From: Acidobacteriota bacterium
GTDB lineage: Bacteria > Acidobacteriota > Thermoanaerobaculia > Multivoradales > UBA5704
Length of the DNA stretch: 53,169 nucleotides
Assembly: GCA_040005235.1 (NCBI GenBank)
Contig: JBDTZG010000038.1
Coordinates: 1 to 53,169 of the forward strand
Reading direction: 5' to 3'
The notes under the pieces were generated by a model. It saw only the letters and a list, made by a program, of their open reading frames with translations. It did no database searches and was not told where the DNA came from. The position numbers and the translations under genes were made by a program. Positions 48,659 to 53,169 of the stretch are shown in pieces. Positions within the stretch are counted from its first letter, which is position 1. Every line of letters begins with the position of its first letter.

Positions 48659-48796
48659 ATGCTTCGTCTCGTCCTGCTACTGCTTTACCTCACCGCTCAG
48701 TTCGCCGGCTGGCAGCCCTACGAAAGCGGCGGAGGGCTCGACCCGACCGCCCCGCCTCCGAGTGACAGCGGCGCTGGCTGGGATCCAAACAGCTGA
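48659..48796 (+). CDS. 45-aa putative exported precursor peptide with two [DE]SGxG(L/W)DPx cores (not in ORF track)
   Basis: MLRLVLLLLYLTAQFAGWQPYESGGGLDPTAPPPSDSGAGWDPNS*; AGGGAG RBS; hydrophobic N-terminus; upstream of a ZAS-TPR gene. Confidence 0.7.
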   Translation: MLRLVLLLLYLTAQFAGWQPYESGGGLDPTAPPPSDSGAGWDPNS

Positions 48797-48922
48797 CCCT
48801 CCGCCGGGCGAGGGGTACCTTTCGCGCCCCTCGCCGTGCTCTCGGACAGGAACTGTACGCAGGCGACTACTTCGTCGTAGACTTAAGTACCCGAAAAGAG
48901 ATTGTTCGGAGGAATGCCTTAA

Positions 48923-50251
48923 ATGTCCCACTTTGAGCAGGAGGCTCTGCGGAGGATCCTGAGCGGTGAGGGCGGCTCTCTCGAAACCGAGGACGCCGCG
49001 GAGCACTTGCTTTTCTGCGATCGGTGCCGGGCGGTGGCCGGTACCCTGCTCGAAGAGCTTCGCACCGAAATCCAGCCGGGACTTCCCAAGGGAGGCCGGC
49101 TGCAGGTGGTGTTCGATCTGATTGACCGGGAACTCCAATCGGGGGTGGTCTCGCTGACCGCCCTGGCGGAGTGGGCTGGGGTGCGTTGTCTGCCGAACCG
49201 ACGGAGCCAGCGGGAGCGAGACCGGATGGCGAAAGCCTGCCACACGACCGCTTTCCTGAAGCTCGTGCTCGGGGGGCTGAAGGAAGAGCCCAACGGAGAA
49301 GAGGCGGAGTTTCTCGCTTCGCTCGCCTTTCTCACCATTGAGGGGATGCTCCAGCGCCAGAGGACGACACTTTTCTCCAGCCGCGACCTCCAAGCCGAAG
49401 TCTGGACGGCGGTCGCGAACGCCCGGCGGCGGGCGGCCGAGTGGCGGCGGGTACATCAGGCTCTCGACAATGCGGAGCGCCATCTAAAGGAGGGGACCGG
49501 CGACCGCCGGCTGAAGGCGGGGCTCCTGTCCATCACGGCATCCACCCTGGACGATGAGGGCCATGTCTCCCAAGCATTGGACGCCCTGGAAGAGTGCAAG
49601 GCCATATACGAGAGTCTGGCCGAATGGGACAGGGTGGCCCGAACCCTGATCCAGATGGCTAACGTCTTGGAACCGATCAAGCCGGACCAAGGACTGCTGG
49701 CGCTGGATCGCGCACTCCCCTTGATCCCCGTCGAGAATTTGTTCATGAGGCTCTCTGCGGATTTTGTGCGGGTGGAGTGCCTGATCGGAATAGGTCGGCC
49801 GAGCGAAGCGCTGCGGGTGTTCAATCGCTCTTTCCACCTGCTCGCTCTGAGCCCCCGGATACGTCCGCGAATCCGGGGCCGTTTCACCACGGCTCGACTC
49901 CTGGATGCTCTTGGATTCAAGCAGTCGGCGGAGAGGTTTTTCGACGATGTCGTGGATCAAGACATCGAGCACGATCTGGTCAAGGATGCGTTTCTGGATC
50001 TCCTCTATCTCTACGAGCGCCATATGAGAGCAGGAGACCCCGACAAAGCGGCGCGGGTTTGCCGGCGGGCGCTAACGGATCCTGCGCTCGCGACGATCGC
50101 GCATGAGCAGCTTCAGGCTCTATGGACCCTCCTGCTCGAGGCGGTCGCGATCCATCCGATCAGCCAGGAGCGTCTGAGCGCCCTCCGGCAATACGTCAAC
50201 GTCCATTGGAAGCACCCCGCGGCGACGCCTCCTTGGGTGGGGTCTCCCTGA
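48923..50251 (+). CDS. ZAS-like + TPR protein, paralog 3 (divergent)
   Basis: H-x24-HLLFCDRC; DLQAEVWTAVANARR…AERHLKEGTGD matches paralog 1 (DLRARAWATLANAQR…AERSLRKGTGD). Confidence 0.82.
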   Translation: MSHFEQEALRRILSGEGGSLETEDAAEHLLFCDRCRAVAGTLLEELRTEIQPGLPKGGRLQVVFDLIDRELQSGVVSLTALAEWAGVRCLPNRRSQRERDRMAKACHTTAFLKLVLGGLKEEPNGEEAEFLASLAFLTIEGMLQRQRTTLFSSRDLQAEVWTAVANARRRAAEWRRVHQALDNAERHLKEGTGDRRLKAGLLSITASTLDDEGHVSQALDALEECKAIYESLAEWDRVARTLIQMANVLEPIKPDQGLLALDRALPLIPVENLFMRLSADFVRVECLIGIGRPSEALRVFNRSFHLLALSPRIRPRIRGRFTTARLLDALGFKQSAERFFDDVVDQDIEHDLVKDAFLDLLYLYERHMRAGDPDKAARVCRRALTDPALATIAHEQLQALWTLLLEAVAIHPISQERLSALRQYVNVHWKHPAATPPWVGSP

Positions 50252-50283
50252 GGTAAGTTTTCCGGGCCGGCAGAGATCGCGCT

Positions 50284-51966
50284 TTACTTCAACGCCTGCG
50301 ACAGCACATGCCCCTCGCAGCCGCTCGGCTGGAGGATGCCCAGCAGGTCGGACAGGGTGGGCGCGATGTCGAGCGTCGAGACGCGCTGGGTGTAGCGGCC
50401 GGGCTTGATGCCGGCACCGGCGAGCAGCAGCGGCACCGACGTGTCGTAGGCGTAGGGCGTGCCGTGAGTGGCGCCGGTCAGCCTTCCCGGAACCCAATAG
50501 GGATCGGAGACCATGATCAGCTCGCCGCTCACCTTGGGATAGAAGCTTCGGGAGATGCGTTGAGAGATGTCGTTGTCGAGCATCTGGCCGTCGAGGAGTT
50601 GGCTCCGGGTGTAGACGGCGTAGATCCCAGCCTGCTGGCGCAGGTAGCCGGCCGCGACGTCCTCGGCCCGGGTGTAGCTGACTTTCTTGGTCGAAATCGT
50701 CTGGAGGTTCAGATAGACGTTGTCGTCGACGATCGCCTGAACCCATTCGCCGGCTCCCAGCTCGGCGGCGATCGCTTTTTGCAGGCCGTCCTTGGTCACC
50801 AGGGTCGCTCCCGCGTTGAAGCCCGCCTTCTGCAGCTCCGCGACGATCGGCGCCACGCCATGATCGGCGGTCACTACGATCGTGACGTTCGCTAGACCGC
50901 CCTGGACGTTCTTGGCGAGAAAGTTGAAGAAGCGGCTCAACGCCGCATCCGTCTGCACCGCGACGTCCAACACCTCCGCGCTGTCCGGGCCGAAGCCATG
51001 GCCGATGTAATCGTTGGCTGACAGGTTGATCGCGAGGATGTCGGGAATCGCATCCTGCCCCAGCTTCTCCTGCCGAATGATCTCTTCGGCGGTGTCCAAG
51101 GTGTAGCCGTTCGCAAACGGGGTGCTTAAAAAGGCGCCGTAAAACGCCGGACCCGGCTGCTCCAGACCCCCGTTCACCGGGTGCGGGAACGTGGTCCCCA
51201 ATCCGGGGCGAGGACCGACGGAAGCGTTGTCGGGAGTCCAAAGCCGCTTCAAGGCCGCCGGAGGGAGGGAAAGCTCCCAGTTCTTGTTGAAGAAGGCGTC
51301 GATCTGCTTCTTCGCGTTCCAATCCGTCACCCACGTCGGCAGGGTGCCGTCCTTTCGGTAGTAGCGGCTGGAGATCCAGGCGCCGGTCTGGTCGTCGAGC
51401 CAGAGGACGCCGTCCGCCAGATGCCCCGCCATCAGCACCGCGGCGCGGTCCTTCGTTGCCACGGCCCAGACCTTCGCCTGCCCCCCCGTCGCCATCTTCA
51501 GCTCATCGCCGACCGTGCTCACCCGCAACGTCGCCGGAGAAACCCCCAGCTTGCCGTCCGGGTCGGCGGCGCCGACCAGCGGGAACTTTGCGTCGCTCAC
51601 GCAGTAGCGTTCGGCGTTCAGATCGCGGTCGAACCAGTCGTTCGCGACGATCCCCGACTTGTACGGCGGAGCGCCGGTCAAGTGCACCGAATGGCCGACC
51701 CCGGTCACCAGCGGAAAATGATCGTGATGGGCGTCGGTGTGGTACGCCCCCTTCTCCATCAGATAACGGAACCCGCCCAAGGCTCCCCCCTTGGCGGCAA
51801 CCGGAGGGAGATACAGATCGTCGAACCGCGTCTGATAGTCCGCGCGGAACTGGTCGATCGAGATCAAGACCACGAGCTTCGGCCGAACGGGAGCGGCCGC
51901 GGAGACTTGGGCGACGAAGAGCAGACAGACGATCGCGAGCGCGACCGGACGAAACGAGCGAGCCAT
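50284..51966 (-). CDS. Alkaline phosphatase superfamily (PafA-like) protein
   Basis: ISIDQFR, TGVGH, KDRAA, DYIGH, TADHG, HGTPY; signal peptide. Confidence 0.92.
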   Translation of the reverse strand: MARSFRPVALAIVCLLFVAQVSAAAPVRPKLVVLISIDQFRADYQTRFDDLYLPPVAAKGGALGGFRYLMEKGAYHTDAHHDHFPLVTGVGHSVHLTGAPPYKSGIVANDWFDRDLNAERYCVSDAKFPLVGAADPDGKLGVSPATLRVSTVGDELKMATGGQAKVWAVATKDRAAVLMAGHLADGVLWLDDQTGAWISSRYYRKDGTLPTWVTDWNAKKQIDAFFNKNWELSLPPAALKRLWTPDNASVGPRPGLGTTFPHPVNGGLEQPGPAFYGAFLSTPFANGYTLDTAEEIIRQEKLGQDAIPDILAINLSANDYIGHGFGPDSAEVLDVAVQTDAALSRFFNFLAKNVQGGLANVTIVVTADHGVAPIVAELQKAGFNAGATLVTKDGLQKAIAAELGAGEWVQAIVDDNVYLNLQTISTKKVSYTRAEDVAAGYLRQQAGIYAVYTRSQLLDGQMLDNDISQRISRSFYPKVSGELIMVSDPYWVPGRLTGATHGTPYAYDTSVPLLLAGAGIKPGRYTQRVSTLDIAPTLSDLLGILQPSGCEGHVLSQALK

Positions 51967-52097
51967 TGAAAGCCTCCTGGGTTAGAAACGACCGGGGAAG
52001 CCTAGCCGATCTTCACTGGAAACTGCGATTCTCATCCCCGGACTCGACGGACGAAGACATCAAACCTGGCATGGCCTTCCAACTGGATCGCGGCCGC

Positions 52098-52646
52098 TCA
52101 TGTCGGCTGAGGTCGAGCCATCCAACGACTGCTTGCTGCCAGCAGCGCACCGAGTGCAATACCCGCGCAGAGGGTCACCGGATCGCTCCACCACGCCAAC
52201 TTTGGGTAGGCGATCGCAGCGAACGCCGCGACGGCGAACGCCAATTCCAGGGCTGATCGACCCCGAGGGTTCGCAGGCAGCAGCAAACGTCGAAAGATAA
52301 AGTAGGAAACCAGAAGACTGTGGCCACTCACAGGCAGGAGAGCGGAAAGTCGCGCGCTCGAAAGGAGGACGATGAGGCCTATTTGAAACCCCAGCTCGAG
52401 GGTCGGCCGCGCGAAACCCAGCGAAATATAGAGATCGAGCAGGTCGGCTACCAGCGGGCCCAGAACGGGAAATGCCAGGAGCATGTACCAATACGGAGCC
52501 ATTTCGGGCAGAGGAGTCATTCCTCGAATCACGGGTGTGGGTCCTTGGAACCTCAACCAGACGATGCCTGCCAGGGTGCAGACGCCAATAACTCCTAAGT
52601 GAAGCGCCACCCCTGTTCCACCGATTTGCGATCGAGCTTCGTTCAC
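52098..52646 (-). CDS. Hypothetical multi-pass membrane protein
   Basis: Several hydrophobic segments, SGHS motif. Confidence 0.6.
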   Translation of the reverse strand: MNEARSQIGGTGVALHLGVIGVCTLAGIVWLRFQGPTPVIRGMTPLPEMAPYWYMLLAFPVLGPLVADLLDLYISLGFARPTLELGFQIGLIVLLSSARLSALLPVSGHSLLVSYFIFRRLLLPANPRGRSALELAFAVAAFAAIAYPKLAWWSDPVTLCAGIALGALLAASSRWMARPQPT

Positions 52647-52655
52647 TAAGTTGCC

Positions 52656-53168
52656 TCATCCTTTCCTCGTAGGCGGCAAAGGCTTGCCCTGAGCTTGAAG
52701 CACCTGTCGCGCCGCTGTCCATAGGTCAGACAAGTCCGGATCACCAGGGAGGCGAAGCACCTGCCAGCCCTGCGCGACCACCCTTTCGGCTAAGGTACGC
52801 TCTTCCAGTCTGAGATCAAATGAATTTCGAATCAGGGTGAGGTGTTCCAGCGCCGAAACGCCGCAAGTGGTAGGGACTTCAGCCGCCGACTTCAATGCCG
52901 AAAGGAACCAGCGCTCAGCTTCAACAGTGTCGCCGAGTTGCTCGCTCACCACGCCGATTGCTAAATCGAGGGTAAAGCGCTCGAAGTTGATCTCTTCTGA
53001 CAGTGAACGAGCAAGAAGAAAATCTTCTCGCGCTCCTTGAAGCTCATTCTGCTCCCTCCGAAGGTCGCCTCGAAAGCCGATCGCTTGGCGCTCAAGATCG
53101 AGAGGGAGCGCCTGACCTAGCAGCCCGTGGTGAAAGTCCGCCCAACCGGCGCAAGGCTCTGGTAAAAT
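52656..53168 (-). CDS. TPR-like hypothetical protein, partial (5' end outside window)
   Basis: Frame of ORF 52656..52952 stays open to the window end (…FRGDLRREQNELQGAREDF…LGDTVEAERWF). Confidence 0.5.
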   Translation of the reverse strand: MLPEPCAGWADFHHGLLGQALPLDLERQAIGFRGDLRREQNELQGAREDFLLARSLSEEINFERFTLDLAIGVVSEQLGDTVEAERWFLSALKSAAEVPTTCGVSALEHLTLIRNSFDLRLEERTLAERVVAQGWQVLRLPGDPDLSDLWTAARQVLQAQGKPLPPTRKG

Positions 53169-53169
53169 T

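Noticed and set aside
52025-52085. Possible DUF433 C-terminal remnant (PDSTDEDIK…AF)
   Set aside because: Too short, no start codon, could be chance.
1-53169. tRNA, rRNA, riboswitch or IS transposase
   Set aside because: None recognised by eye; a covariance-model search was not possible.

Overview
High-GC bacterial chromosomal window. Gene content (fused lptF-lptG, LptC/LptA-like fusion, rpoN-PTS cluster, 'PAATLLFPYF' secreted protein) suggests Acidobacteriota, possibly Thermoanaerobaculia-like; this is an inference. Housekeeping content: nadABC with NadQ-type operators, lipA, lptFG, queD, parAB, DUF151, miaB, ptsI/ptsH/EIIA/rapZ/hprK/ptsN/hpf/rpoN/lptB/lptCA, recJ, accA. A dif-like Xer site (21607-21634) lies where the dominant gene orientation flips, so this is probably the replication terminus. 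Both flanks carry many pseudogenes, toxin-antitoxin remnants and an AT-rich GTPase cassette. The top candidate for an undescribed system is a peptide-signalling-like module: three paralogous ECF sigma factors, zinc-anti-sigma (ZAS)-TPR fusion proteins and a secreted precursor with three [DE]AGIQIDGNG cores (11796-16841). A second, unlisted 45-aa precursor with two related cores (48659-48796) sits directly upstream of a third ZAS-TPR gene. Also notable: a bipartite inverted 20-bp-period array (4137-4470) and a perfect 16-bp palindrome upstream of the dif-adjacent parAB.
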